Below, one piece after another: positions 51,936 through 62,345 of a stretch of DNA of 64,000 nt. The stretch spans positions 43,570 to 107,569 of the forward strand of contig NJBH01000011.1 in the NCBI GenBank assembly GCA_005223125.1, in the 5' to 3' direction. The stretch is from Promethearchaeota archaeon Loki_b32. Lineage in GTDB: Archaea > Asgardarchaeota > Lokiarchaeia > Sigyniarchaeales > SOKP01. The position numbers and the translations under genes are program-made. Under the pieces are notes generated by a model. It was not told the origin of the DNA. It saw only the letters and a program-made list of their open reading frames with translations, and ran no database searches. Within the stretch, counting starts at the first letter, position 1; every line of letters starts with the position of its first letter.

Positions 51936-52001
51936 ACAATTAGAATTTCTAAGAATCATTAAATTTTAATTTTTTAATATATTCTTATTATTATTAAAAA
52001 T

Positions 52002-52073
52002 GCGCTCTTAGTATAGTGGTTAGTATGCCAGGTTGCCAACCTGGCGACCCGGGTTCAATTCCCGGAGGGCGCA
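52002..52073 (+). tRNA. tRNA-Gly(GCC)
   Basis: Acceptor GCGCTCT/AGGGCGC, anticodon arm CCAGG-TTGCCAA-CCTGG, T arm GGTTCAATTCC. Confidence 0.95.
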
Positions 52074-52108
52074 TTTTAAACTATTAATCTAAAATTAAGG
52101 AGTCTAAT

Positions 52109-53125
52109 ATGAGTATAGATATATCAGATGGTATTGAAAGTGGTAATTTAACGATTAGAATTTTAACAACAAATACAGTTATTTCAACTTTATTGACCGA
52201 TGAAAAATTTGAAGGAAAAATTATACAACCTCATACAAATGGAAGTAAATATTTAGCAGAACATGGACTTGCTATGAGTATAGAAATAAAGCAAGGAGAA
52301 GAGATAAAAAAATATCTTTTGGATGCAGGAGGGCTTAAGAATTCTATAATAATGAACGTAGAAGCTATGGGCTTAGATTTCAAGGATTATGACAAATTGA
52401 TATTAAGTCATGGTCATGTTGATCATTATGGTGGTTTAATGAATGTCCTTCCTAAATTAAAGGAAGGATGTGAGATAATGTTGACACCCAGTTCCTATAA
52501 TCAAAATATAATCTTAGTTCCAAAATCAGGTCAAGCATTTTATTCACCTGAAGTTTTAACAGAAAAATTCCGTGATTTACAAAAAGAAAACAAATTTCTT
52601 TTAAATATTAAATTGCCTTCAATGAACAAATCTATAATTGAAAACTTAGTCAATCAAAATAATCTTAAAATTATAGAGATAAATAAACCAATAAAACTAA
52701 CATCAGGAATTACTACAAGTGGAGAAATTGAAATATTTGACGAAAAAGAACTTACCAAAGGTTTTTATCTAATGAAAAGTAGAAAAGAATTTGAAAAAAA
52801 TACGTTTAGAGACGAAATATCAATCTATATTAATGTTAAGGATAAAGGACTTGTAGTAATTACAGGATGTGGACACACAGGGATAGTAAATACCATAAAA
52901 CATGGGCAACAATTAACTGGGATTAACAAAATTTATGCTTTAATCGGCGGATTTCATAAGGAATGGGAAAAAACTGAAGATATTGAAGAATCAGTTCGTT
53001 TTATTGAAGGATTAAATCCAGAAATAACGTGTGGAATGCATTGCACTGGTTTTGAGTTTAATAAAATCATGTCGAGACATCCATCTCATACTTTTGGAAT
53101 AGTTGGAACTGAGTTTCACTTATAA
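52109..53125 (+). CDS. MBL-fold metallo-hydrolase (COG1237-like)
   Basis: AEHGL, LSHGHVDHYGG, TGCGH, GGFH, MHCTG. Confidence 0.88.
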   Translation: MSIDISDGIESGNLTIRILTTNTVISTLLTDEKFEGKIIQPHTNGSKYLAEHGLAMSIEIKQGEEIKKYLLDAGGLKNSIIMNVEAMGLDFKDYDKLILSHGHVDHYGGLMNVLPKLKEGCEIMLTPSSYNQNIILVPKSGQAFYSPEVLTEKFRDLQKENKFLLNIKLPSMNKSIIENLVNQNNLKIIEINKPIKLTSGITTSGEIEIFDEKELTKGFYLMKSRKEFEKNTFRDEISIYINVKDKGLVVITGCGHTGIVNTIKHGQQLTGINKIYALIGGFHKEWEKTEDIEESVRFIEGLNPEITCGMHCTGFEFNKIMSRHPSHTFGIVGTEFHL

Positions 53126-53267
53126 ATACATTTAATTTAATTAGATATATATTTGTTTAAAGAAATCAATTAAGTAAATTTAAACTAAATAAATTTTGAG
53201 TGAAATAAATTCTGACAAGAGATATTTAAAAAGTATAAAAAAAAGCAACAAAATTCATTTTCAAATT

Positions 53268-53522
53268 TTATGTCCCTTTTTGGATATCAAAGCACCACAT
53301 ATTTTTACAATCTTTAGAACAAAAATTATGTATCGTTGTTGTTTGGCATATATTTATATGTTGCTTTAATCTTTTACCGCGTAATTTTCTACCGCAATAA
53401 TCACAATCATTATGATTTATGCTTAAGAAAGTTTTCAATACAGGTTGTTCCTCAGTTAAACCTTCAATAATTTCTTGATAGTTTACTAAAGGCATTCTTG
53501 GATAATCATTATGAAATTTCAT
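53268..53522 (-). CDS. Small TRASH/FCS-type Zn-finger protein
   Basis: CDYCG...HNFCSKDC. Confidence 0.65.
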   Translation of the reverse strand: MKFHNDYPRMPLVNYQEIIEGLTEEQPVLKTFLSINHNDCDYCGRKLRGKRLKQHINICQTTTIHNFCSKDCKNMWCFDIQKGT

Positions 53523-53848
53523 TTTTAAAAATGAATTGAATTATGAATACAAGAGATAATAAGGAAATGTTCTATAAATATATTTGTTTATAAGGAAACA
53601 TTTCCTTTTTCCTCACATCCATAAAAGTCCTATAGTGAATGCTGTATTTCCTTATTATTTAAATAATATTTAGAAATTGTTAAAATAATAATCGAAAAAA
53701 ATAGATTCTTTTTATGAGAGAAAAGAAGAACTAAAAAAGTTCAAATGATTAATGTTATATTCCGGAGATAATACCAACATAATACCCCGAAATATATAAC
53801 AACACGTGAAAGGTCTGTTTCACGAAAGTTTAAAAAATTGATCATGAA

Positions 53849-54097
53849 TTTTTATATGATACTCTTCAGTATGTAAAAAACAGAAACCTCGCTCTTAATG
53901 AATGTATAAGAGTTCTTAAGGGTGATGGTGTAATTGTAGTTATAGAATGGAACAAAAAGCAAATTGAAAAAGTGTACAAGAAATATGGCTACAAAATTGA
54001 ATTTATGGACCCTAGAGGTTATCTTAAAAGGAATGATATTTCATTTGATGTTTTAAAAGGAGATATAGTAAACATATACCTACTTTGGAAAAAATAG
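53849..54097 (+). pseudogene. C-terminal remnant of class I SAM methyltransferase
   Basis: FLYDTLQYVKNRNLALNECIRVLKGDGVIVVIEW...KK*; no start codon or motif I upstream. Confidence 0.6.
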
Positions 54098-54127
54098 CAG
54101 AATATATTTAGAAATATAGGTAATTTT

Positions 54128-54763
54128 TTAGGGATCTATATCTCTTAATTTATTGAAAAATTCATCGGGATCATCTATTCCCGACCTTAATAGCACACAT
54201 TCCTTATGTATATCAAGTTTTTTGCTATTTAATTCTAGATAATCCTTATCTAATTCATTTTCAAAACGTAACCAACACCCCAAAGCATCAGAATAATCTT
54301 GCCACCCTCCAAATACTAGTTTACTCAATATGTAATCTTCTTTTGAGGCGACCCAACACTCAATTCCGGCAAAATTAATTTTAAGCCTTCTCTTTAGACC
54401 TAGTGGTCCAATTTTTTTATAATTACTAAGGCTTTTTTGATCAATGATATAATTATCAAATTTAATAATTTGTTGCTTATCTAAAAATTGTAATAAATGG
54501 ATATCCTTAGCAAGTTTTGCAGCTGAATCCCAGTCTTGTATAGGAAAAAATTCATTTTTTTTTAATATTGTTATATATGTATCTAAATTATGATTAACTG
54601 AATAAATATCAACAACGAAATCAATATCTTGAGTTGTTCTCGTTTCAGAATAAATGCTCACTAAAATTCCCCCAACTAAATAATATTTAATACCAAATTC
54701 TCTCTCAATTTTTTCTAAAAAATTAACAATTTGAAAAAAAGCTTTTTCATATCGTATTTCCAT
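54128..54763 (-). CDS. Nucleotidyltransferase (AbiEii/DUF6036-like)
   Basis: YYLVGG...RTTQDIDF, EDYILSKL, QDYSDA. Confidence 0.75.
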   Translation of the reverse strand: MEIRYEKAFFQIVNFLEKIEREFGIKYYLVGGILVSIYSETRTTQDIDFVVDIYSVNHNLDTYITILKKNEFFPIQDWDSAAKLAKDIHLLQFLDKQQIIKFDNYIIDQKSLSNYKKIGPLGLKRRLKINFAGIECWVASKEDYILSKLVFGGWQDYSDALGCWLRFENELDKDYLELNSKKLDIHKECVLLRSGIDDPDEFFNKLRDIDP

Positions 54764-54766
54764 AAT

Positions 54767-55000
54767 TCATTTTCTCCTTTTCATTTTTTCATTGATTTTA
54801 AACATTTTGATAATGATATCTTTAATAGATTTATTCGGATATCTCTCCTTTTCTATATTAATGTAATTATTTAAATTAAAATTACATAGTTCAAAAAAAA
54901 GCGATATAGAAGCTTCAGTTGGTATTTTTTTCATCAATTCTATTCTTCCTTTAAAATTTCGTGCTATTTTTCTAAAATTTTTGTTTGAGTCAATTGTCAT
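54767..55000 (-). CDS. Small partner protein of the nucleotidyltransferase (putative antitoxin)
   Basis: 77-aa ORF ending 3 bp upstream of the NTase start. Confidence 0.55.
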   Translation of the reverse strand: MTIDSNKNFRKIARNFKGRIELMKKIPTEASISLFFELCNFNLNNYINIEKERYPNKSIKDIIIKMFKINEKMKRRK

Positions 55001-55125
55001 TTATTCTTTCATCTAAGATTTTATCTTTATAATGTTGATTCCTTTAAATATAATAATAGGAAAAAGGTTTATTAATATTTTAGAAACCTTTAGATTTTCA
55101 TTATCCTTACTTGTTAATTTATATT

Positions 55126-55974
55126 TTAAAGGAATCCTAAAAGATTTGTTACTCCATCAATTTTAGGAACTTCTACTTTAAAATAATAGCGAACAATATC
55201 AATTAAATAATTTAAATAGGGCCTTTGTATTTTTTCTTCATGTTTTTCAGAGACTAGATCAATAAGTATTTTGGAGGTTATCGGTTTTCCCTTTTGACTC
55301 TCAATAAATTCAGCTATAGTTTTAGAAAATTCAAAAATTTTATTTAACTCGTTTCTTAATATGATCAAACCAGCCATTAAATCATATTCGGCAAAAAATT
55401 TATGTACAATAGCTTGCTCCGTTTCTAATTTTTTTGGATTAATAAATTTATTTTTATCTCTTACAATTTCAAGCTTTTTAAAAACAAGATGTTCTTTATA
55501 TTGTCCCTTATTTATTTTATAGTCTTCTTCTGATATAATATCTATATCAAAATCGAATGATTTATCAAAAATATATCGAAAGAAATTATTAATGTGATTA
55601 TAAAGAAATTCCTCATCTAATATAATAACAATTTTCCTTCCTAAAAAAACGGCTCTAACAACATAAACCAGCAATACTTCAGGTATATTTAATTTAATCA
55701 AATCAAATTTGATAGCATCTGTTTCAGGAGTAACAACTTCTTCAGCTTCCTCAGTGGGAATACTTTCTGGAAGCTCAATTTTAAAGTCTGCTACTAAACA
55801 ATCCCTAACAATTAAATTTTTGTCTACATAAGCGATAAATGAATGTTCACATATCATTCCTGCTGCTATATTGATTGCTAAAAGTCCTTTTGCAACATTT
55901 TTGGTCGCATCATCTGCAACCTCGATGTATTCCCATTGTGAGCAAATTGGACAACGTATTTCGAGCCTTGCCAT
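55126..55974 (-). CDS. Hypothetical protein with N-terminal Zn ribbon
   Basis: CPIC...CEH. Confidence 0.7.
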   Translation of the reverse strand: MARLEIRCPICSQWEYIEVADDATKNVAKGLLAINIAAGMICEHSFIAYVDKNLIVRDCLVADFKIELPESIPTEEAEEVVTPETDAIKFDLIKLNIPEVLLVYVVRAVFLGRKIVIILDEEFLYNHINNFFRYIFDKSFDFDIDIISEEDYKINKGQYKEHLVFKKLEIVRDKNKFINPKKLETEQAIVHKFFAEYDLMAGLIILRNELNKIFEFSKTIAEFIESQKGKPITSKILIDLVSEKHEEKIQRPYLNYLIDIVRYYFKVEVPKIDGVTNLLGFL

Positions 55975-56102
55975 ATTATATCAAAAACAAATATCTTTGA
56001 AAATAATTTACACAATTGAATTTTAAATTTATATAATAAATGTTGCATTATTACTTAATAAATTTGCTCAATAATGATAGGTAGTTTAAATTAGAGCATT
56101 CC

Positions 56103-56582
56103 TTAAAATCTTTTAACTCGACCGTAATTTCTCTCTATTAAATTGGCAATAAGTAGACAAAAAGTCGCACTTAGGATCTCTGCAGCTAAAAATGCCATAG
56201 AATTATGTAAAAATAATGTAGAGATAAAGAATGTACTAAAGAAAAATATGTTAAAAACAATGAAAATTATTAATAAAGGCTTTGTTATTGGAAAATTTAA
56301 GAACCTTTTCAAGGTTGATCCTTTCGAGGTTTTTTTGCCAAATCTTCTTCTTAATCGTTCTCTTCTCTCGACTTGAGCATAACTTTCAAAGACAATAAGC
56401 GCAGCAAAGAAGATAGCCACCCAAACTCCAACTGGAATTAAAACTACTATAATATGATTTCCCATCGCCAAGAAGTATTGACCCACAAATATAAAAAACA
56501 ATTGGAACATTCCGCTCATCCCCAATAATAGTAAACCAATACCAAAGTACTCCTTAGATGTCCAGCGAATTCTTATCGGCAT
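56103..56582 (-). CDS. Membrane protein (4 TM)
   Basis: Hydrophobic segments separated by a basic loop. Confidence 0.7.
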   Translation of the reverse strand: MPIRIRWTSKEYFGIGLLLLGMSGMFQLFFIFVGQYFLAMGNHIIVVLIPVGVWVAIFFAALIVFESYAQVERRERLRRRFGKKTSKGSTLKRFLNFPITKPLLIIFIVFNIFFFSTFFISTLFLHNSMAFLAAEILSATFCLLIANLIERNYGRVKRF

Positions 56583-56609
56583 AATAATCTTATTTTAATT
56601 GTATTTTAG

Positions 56610-56712
56610 TGGGCCCGGCGCGATTTGAACGCACGACCTTCCGCACGTCAAGCGGACGTCATACCGAGTTTTCCGAAACTCAGAAAATGAGTTTCCTCTA
56701 GACCACGGGCCC
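56610..56712 (-). tRNA. tRNA-Val(GAC) with ~31-nt D-loop intron
   Basis: GGGCCCG/CGGGCCC acceptor, TCCGC-TTGACGT-GCGGA anticodon arm, GTTCAAAT T loop; 103 nt total. Confidence 0.88.
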
Positions 56713-56847
56713 AGTGTAATTTTGAAATTTAAAATCTATTTGTATTAATTTATGGTATTAAAAAATAAATATTTTATTAAAAATGTTAATTTCTACTATA
56801 CTTTCGAATACTTAAGAATAAAATAAAAAAGTAAAAAGAATAATTAT

Positions 56848-58083
56848 TTAAGCTTTCTTTTCCCTTAAAGCTCTTATCATTGGTAAATCTTTTCCAGATA
56901 GAATTTCCAACATTGCACCACCTGCAGTTGAAATAAAGGAAACCTCATCTGCTTTTCCTGCCATTGAAGCTGCAGCTCCCATTTCACCGCCACCTATTAT
57001 TGTAAGTGCCTTATTTTTCTTGGTAGCGTTTACCATTGTGTTTACAATTTCATTTGTTGCTTTTCTAAAAACCTCCTTCTCAAAAATTCCAGGTGGACCA
57101 TTAGCAATAATGGTTTTACATTTCATCAGAACCTCGTTAAATTTATCTATAGTTTTTTCACCAATATCTCCAGTCGTTGTATTATAAGTACCAGCTTCAT
57201 CGATTCCAATGGTTTTTCTATTACCATTATCATCAATAATCAAATCTTCTGGGAGAATGATCTTATCTTTATATTTCTCATAAGTACCTATTATCATATC
57301 TTTATTTACTTCTAAATCTTCAGCTATTATTTTATGATTTGGTTCTCCCATGTTTTTTCCTAGTGCTTCAAAGATTAAAATTGCTGTTAATCCTGAGCAC
57401 AAAGCATAATCTAATTTTTCATTATCAAAATTAAATCTCATAGCTTTAAATTTATCTATTGCTTTTGCTCCTCCAATTAACATTGCCATTGGTTTCTCAG
57501 GATCCTGTATGATTTTCTTCAATACACCTAATTCCTTATCAGTTATAGGACCTGCCATCATTTTTGGCCACCCTACAATTGAGGCATGAGCTCGGTGAGC
57601 GGCTCCAAAAGCATCCACAATCACATAATCAACTAATGGAAAAAGCGACTTCACCATTTCAGTATTCTCTGCTTCAGAAAAATCTTCATAATTTTTCATT
57701 TCTCCTTCAAATTTTCGAACATTATTAAGTACCAAAACCTCTCCAGGGTTAAGATCTTTAATTGCTTGAGTAGCTTGATATCCAAAAATGTCTTTTACAA
57801 ATTTCACTGGACGACCAAGATATTTTTCAATTTCTCTTGTATGTATATCTAGGTCTGTAAAATCTTCTCTTCCTGGACGTGACTGATGAGCTAAAATTAT
57901 TACGGCGCTTTTATTAAAATGTTCATTTAAGGCTGAAACTAGTGTTCGAATTCGAGGAGAATCTCTTATCTCCATTTTTTCTAAATCAATATTAGAGTTT
58001 ATATCAACTCGCATTAAGATTTTTTTTCCCTTTAGCTTCACATCCTTATATGAAGTATAATCAATTTTCATTTGTAGTTTCAC
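56848..58083 (-). CDS. pgk: Phosphoglycerate kinase
   Basis: RVDIN, AHQSRP, DAFGAAHRAHAS, GGAK, NGPPGIFE, STAGGA. Confidence 0.95.
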   Translation of the reverse strand: MKLQMKIDYTSYKDVKLKGKKILMRVDINSNIDLEKMEIRDSPRIRTLVSALNEHFNKSAVIILAHQSRPGREDFTDLDIHTREIEKYLGRPVKFVKDIFGYQATQAIKDLNPGEVLVLNNVRKFEGEMKNYEDFSEAENTEMVKSLFPLVDYVIVDAFGAAHRAHASIVGWPKMMAGPITDKELGVLKKIIQDPEKPMAMLIGGAKAIDKFKAMRFNFDNEKLDYALCSGLTAILIFEALGKNMGEPNHKIIAEDLEVNKDMIIGTYEKYKDKIILPEDLIIDDNGNRKTIGIDEAGTYNTTTGDIGEKTIDKFNEVLMKCKTIIANGPPGIFEKEVFRKATNEIVNTMVNATKKNKALTIIGGGEMGAAASMAGKADEVSFISTAGGAMLEILSGKDLPMIRALREKKA

Positions 58084-58228
58084 ATTAAGTTAGGATTTAT
58101 AATTGATATAATAGTAATTTATAATTATTGTGAGTAGTTATTATTTTTTTTTAAAAATTAGTAAAATACAAAATTTATGTAATGTTAATGATTTTTATGA
58201 AACTACATTATATACTTAAAGGAGCCAA

Positions 58229-59008
58229 ATGAGTGAGATAAAAAATATTCTCCAAAAATTACTTGAAAAGAAAATTTCTCTAAATGACGCGGAAAAATTA
58301 CTAAAGGCGAATTTAATTGAGGAAATTGGAGATGTAGCAAAATTAGACATATTTCGTAAAACAAGGACAGGAACACCTGAAGTTATTTTTGCTCACAATA
58401 AAGATCCTCAAATTTTAATTGATATTATTTCAGGCTTTCTAAAAAATAAGCAGTTTGCTATTATTTCGCGTTATAATGAGGAACAAAAAAAGAAAATTTT
58501 TGAAAATTTTTCCAGCAATAAAGATTACGTTATTGATGTGAATGATTTGGGTAAAATAATTGTTATTAAAGAAACTACCTACGCATTCACTAAAAAGGGA
58601 GGAATTGTCGGTATAATCACAGCAGGAAGTTCTGATATACCCATTGCCACTGAAGCTGAAGTAATAATAAAATCTATGGGATGTGAAGTTATCTCGAGTT
58701 ACGATGTAGGGATAGCAGGGATACATCGAATTTTTTCTCCATTAATTAAGATGATAAAAATTGGTGTTCATGTGATAATTGTATGTGCTGGTATGGAAGG
58801 GACATTACCGGGAGTTGTGGCGGCTCTAGTTGATATACCAGTAATAGGTGTTCCAATTTCAAGTGGTTATGGAATAGGTAAAAAAGGAAAAGGAGCGTTA
58901 ATCACAATGCTGCAATCTTGTTCTCCAGGATTACTAGTGGTAAATATAGATAATGGTTTTGGAGCAGGTGCTTCTGCATCTATTATAGCCAATAAAATTG
59001 CTGAATAA
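58229..59008 (+). CDS. larB: Nickel pincer cofactor biosynthesis protein LarB
   Basis: PEVIF, AGSSD, DVGIAGIHR, AGMEG, VNIDNGFGA. Confidence 0.92.
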   Translation: MSEIKNILQKLLEKKISLNDAEKLLKANLIEEIGDVAKLDIFRKTRTGTPEVIFAHNKDPQILIDIISGFLKNKQFAIISRYNEEQKKKIFENFSSNKDYVIDVNDLGKIIVIKETTYAFTKKGGIVGIITAGSSDIPIATEAEVIIKSMGCEVISSYDVGIAGIHRIFSPLIKMIKIGVHVIIVCAGMEGTLPGVVAALVDIPVIGVPISSGYGIGKKGKGALITMLQSCSPGLLVVNIDNGFGAGASASIIANKIAE

Positions 59009-59164
59009 ACTTGATTAGAATTTCTAGATAATTTACATATCTTATTATTTACAAAATTATTAAATCCCTTAAATTCATTTCTGTACAACCTCATGGAGAA
59101 AAATTATTTAAATATTCGAGTTTAAATTTCTTTAAATAATTATAAAAAATACAAATAAAAAAAA

Positions 59165-59839
59165 GTGAAATTTATGGCACCAACAGCAGCTTCCTTAGAA
59201 GCATTATCTAAGCTTCGTGAACTAAATTCTGAAAATGGATGGTATATCATTCCATTACTCGCTATAGTGTTATATATTTATGGCACCGAAATCAAGGCAG
59301 CAAGAGAAACAGGGAATTGGAGCATAGTTTTTGCTGGGTTAACTGTGCTAGGGTTAGATTTAATTAATGAAATATGGAATGGACTTGTATTTGTTGCTAC
59401 AAACTACTCTGCTTTTTGGACTACGCCTGGAGCAAGCGCTTATATCATTTTAATTGGATGGAATATTGAAATTGCATTTATGTTTTCAATTGCGGGGATA
59501 ACATTTGCTAAGTTTTTATCAGAAGATAAAAGTAAAAAAATACTTGGACTTCCTAATCGATGGGCTATGGCAATTGGTTTTACACTCTTCTGTGTAATTG
59601 TTGAAATTTTCTTGAATGTTGGTAATTATTTAATTTGGGAGTATTGGTGGTGGCATTGGTATAATCCAATTCTAATCTTTCTCATAGGATATTTTCATTT
59701 CTTTGTAGGGGCTTTTTATGTATATGATTTACCAGAAAAAAAGAAAAAAGTAAGAGTAGTTGGATTAATCTATGCCATAAGTATTGTGCTATTATGTATC
59801 TTTCTCCCTCTCGGGCTCGCTGGAATAATCAACTTTTAA
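59165..59839 (+). CDS. Conserved membrane protein
   Basis: NEIWN, LIGWNIEIAFMF; multiple TM. Confidence 0.75.
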   Translation: MKFMAPTAASLEALSKLRELNSENGWYIIPLLAIVLYIYGTEIKAARETGNWSIVFAGLTVLGLDLINEIWNGLVFVATNYSAFWTTPGASAYIILIGWNIEIAFMFSIAGITFAKFLSEDKSKKILGLPNRWAMAIGFTLFCVIVEIFLNVGNYLIWEYWWWHWYNPILIFLIGYFHFFVGAFYVYDLPEKKKKVRVVGLIYAISIVLLCIFLPLGLAGIINF

Positions 59840-60144
59840 ATTATTTTAATCTAATTTTTTTTTTATAGAGTATCATTCAAATGTAAAGGGTATAACTCTT
59901 TTTTATTAAACGTATTTTTATTTAAAAAAGCTAATATTTAAGTAAATTTTTTGCTTGAAGAGCATGATAATAATTTCCTAATTCTCATCCCATTTCAAGA
60001 AATGGTTGGCTCTTAAAGTCCAAAAACACTTAGATTTTAAGATAGATAAGTATAAATATCTAAATTAATATAATTAATATTGAACTTATTTTTCACTTAA
60101 TAAAATCTAAAAAAAAACTCTAAGAATAAGTAGTTGAGACCCAG

Positions 60145-60687
60145 ATGGTCGCATCTATAAATCATACAGAATTTTTTGAAAAATCTAGAAAGTTTTTTGA
60201 AGATGGTGACATCCTTAATACTTTAGAAAACTATCAAAAAGCAATAGAACGCATTGATCGGACGCAATTAGAAAACAAATCAGAATATATTCAATTTCTC
60301 GAATCTATTTTAAAACATTGTCATGATAATAATTTACCCGAAGAAGAAGCACTCGTTTTAAGAGCATTAGGAAGAACTTACTCTCTTTTTAAACAACATG
60401 CTGAAAGTATGAAGTATCACTACCTGTCATTAAAAATTCAGAAAAAACTGGGTAAAAAATTGGAAACCGCTGAAGGTTTGGTATTTATGGCTGAAGATCT
60501 TGAAGTATCAGGAAACTTTGACAAAAGTATCGAAACATTCCAAGAAGCAGCAGAAATATTTCAAGATTTGGGAAAATTGAGAAACATCAGTGAAATTAAT
60601 AAAGAAATCTCGAGATTACAAGAATTCTCAAGAGAAATGGTTGAAGATGAGTATATAATGCAAAAGTTTAACGTTGATAAATATTAA
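60145..60687 (+). CDS. Tetratricopeptide repeat protein
   Basis: ALGRTY...SMKYH..SLKI and GNFDKSIETFQEAAEIF TPR patterns. Confidence 0.75.
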   Translation: MVASINHTEFFEKSRKFFEDGDILNTLENYQKAIERIDRTQLENKSEYIQFLESILKHCHDNNLPEEEALVLRALGRTYSLFKQHAESMKYHYLSLKIQKKLGKKLETAEGLVFMAEDLEVSGNFDKSIETFQEAAEIFQDLGKLRNISEINKEISRLQEFSREMVEDEYIMQKFNVDKY

Positions 60688-60754
60688 ATAATACAACTTT
60701 AGAGCATATTTTTCAACTCTATTTTTTTTCTATTTATTATTTTTAAAAATGTTT

Positions 60755-62053
60755 CTAGAAGTTATTATATCTCTCTTTTATTTTTGACAGAGCAATTAAT
60801 CGAATTTTTCTAACAGCTAAACCAGTGAGCTCACTTATCTTTTTTAAGTCATCAAATTCAGGCTTGATGTTAACGATTTCTATTCCTTTATCTGATTCTA
60901 TAAATGAAATTTTATAATTTATCTCATATATGTTTTCCTTTATTTCAATGTTTTTCTTTTCAAATCTTCTATTAACACAAACTCGGTTAAAAATGTTAAA
61001 TCTTACTCCTAAGCTTCCTAATTCATGTACAATTTTTTCAATTAACTCAAAAATTTGCTCTGGATAACAAAGAATTTTAATTATATACGCAGGTCTATTT
61101 TTTTTGGTTATACTTGGAAAAATTTGGATGTCTAAAATTTTTTCTTTCTCAAATTTACTAATAAAACTTCCAAGAATTTCCCCTGATACATCATCAACAT
61201 CAGTTTCCAATATAGCAACCTGTTCAGTGTATTTTTGTAATGGATGACTTAAATCAGAATAAGTTATATCCTCTGATTCACCATAAAATATTCTCAAGAT
61301 ATTAGGAAAATTCTTGAACTTTTTTTGTCCGGTGCTATAAATCGATTTCTTAATTTTCATTTCATTAAGATATTGAAGAAATTTTGGATTTAAATTTGCT
61401 AATAATGCAGCTCCCGTGGGAGTAACTAACTCAGAATCTATAGGACCTCCAAAAGTGATAAATTCAGATTTCTCTATGATATTTAAAGTAGCAGGGGCAG
61501 GAATTGCTAGGATGCCATGTTTTGTATTAACTTTTCCTCCACCTAGGGGGATTTTACTACAAAAAATGCCTGTATCTTTTTCAAAAGCATTAATTTTATC
61601 AAGAGCAATAGCAACTCCGATAATATCTATTAGAGTGTCAACAGAACTAAGTTCATGTAAATGTATATTCTCCGCTAATTTTCCATGTACCTCAGACTCC
61701 GCCTCAATTAATGAATTTAAAACATTATTAGCATAATTTTTTGCTTGCTTAGAGATTTTAGAATTAGCAAGAAAGTCATTTAATGATTTTTGCAATATTT
61801 TTGGAGTTCTATGTTCTTTAGATTCTTTTATTTCTATTTGTAATTGATTTAATTGAATTCCATTACGTTCAGTGTGAACTAATTTAATATTTAATTTTGA
61901 AACACCAGACAAATAACTTTTTAGATCTTCTAATTCAGTCAAAATGCTATTATCATCTGGAACTAATCCTAAAAGAGAAGCGAGGAACATATCCCCTGAA
62001 ATTCCAGAGTTATTCATATCAATATATAATATTCTCATTTTAACCTTTATCAA
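60755..62053 (-). CDS. larC: Nickel pincer cofactor biosynthesis protein LarC
   Basis: SGISGDM, AESEVHG, HLHE, HG...PAPAT, TPTGAA, ETDVDD, KPEFDD. Confidence 0.92.
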   Translation of the reverse strand: MIKVKMRILYIDMNNSGISGDMFLASLLGLVPDDNSILTELEDLKSYLSGVSKLNIKLVHTERNGIQLNQLQIEIKESKEHRTPKILQKSLNDFLANSKISKQAKNYANNVLNSLIEAESEVHGKLAENIHLHELSSVDTLIDIIGVAIALDKINAFEKDTGIFCSKIPLGGGKVNTKHGILAIPAPATLNIIEKSEFITFGGPIDSELVTPTGAALLANLNPKFLQYLNEMKIKKSIYSTGQKKFKNFPNILRIFYGESEDITYSDLSHPLQKYTEQVAILETDVDDVSGEILGSFISKFEKEKILDIQIFPSITKKNRPAYIIKILCYPEQIFELIEKIVHELGSLGVRFNIFNRVCVNRRFEKKNIEIKENIYEINYKISFIESDKGIEIVNIKPEFDDLKKISELTGLAVRKIRLIALSKIKERYNNF

Positions 62054-62345
62054 ATTGTAGTATGATACACTAACAATATTATTTTTTTTTATTTATAGCT
62101 AATTTAATTTAGCTATTAAGAAGGGATTTTAATAAATTTTATTAGTTTTTTAAGGAAATAAAAATATTTAATACTAATGTCAAGTAATATTATTAATGGA
62201 AATATTGATATTAGTAGAAAAGCTGAAATATTAATATATTAAACATTAAAAAAGATTCATTTCTTCATCATTTCAAGCTCATAAAAAAACTTTTCCATTA
62301 TGATAATTATTTTTTGTGAAAAAATTTTAAAAATCAAAATTATAA

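Noticed and set aside
52002-56712. tRNA-anchored integrated element
   Set aside because: No duplicated tRNA 3' end or integrase seen.
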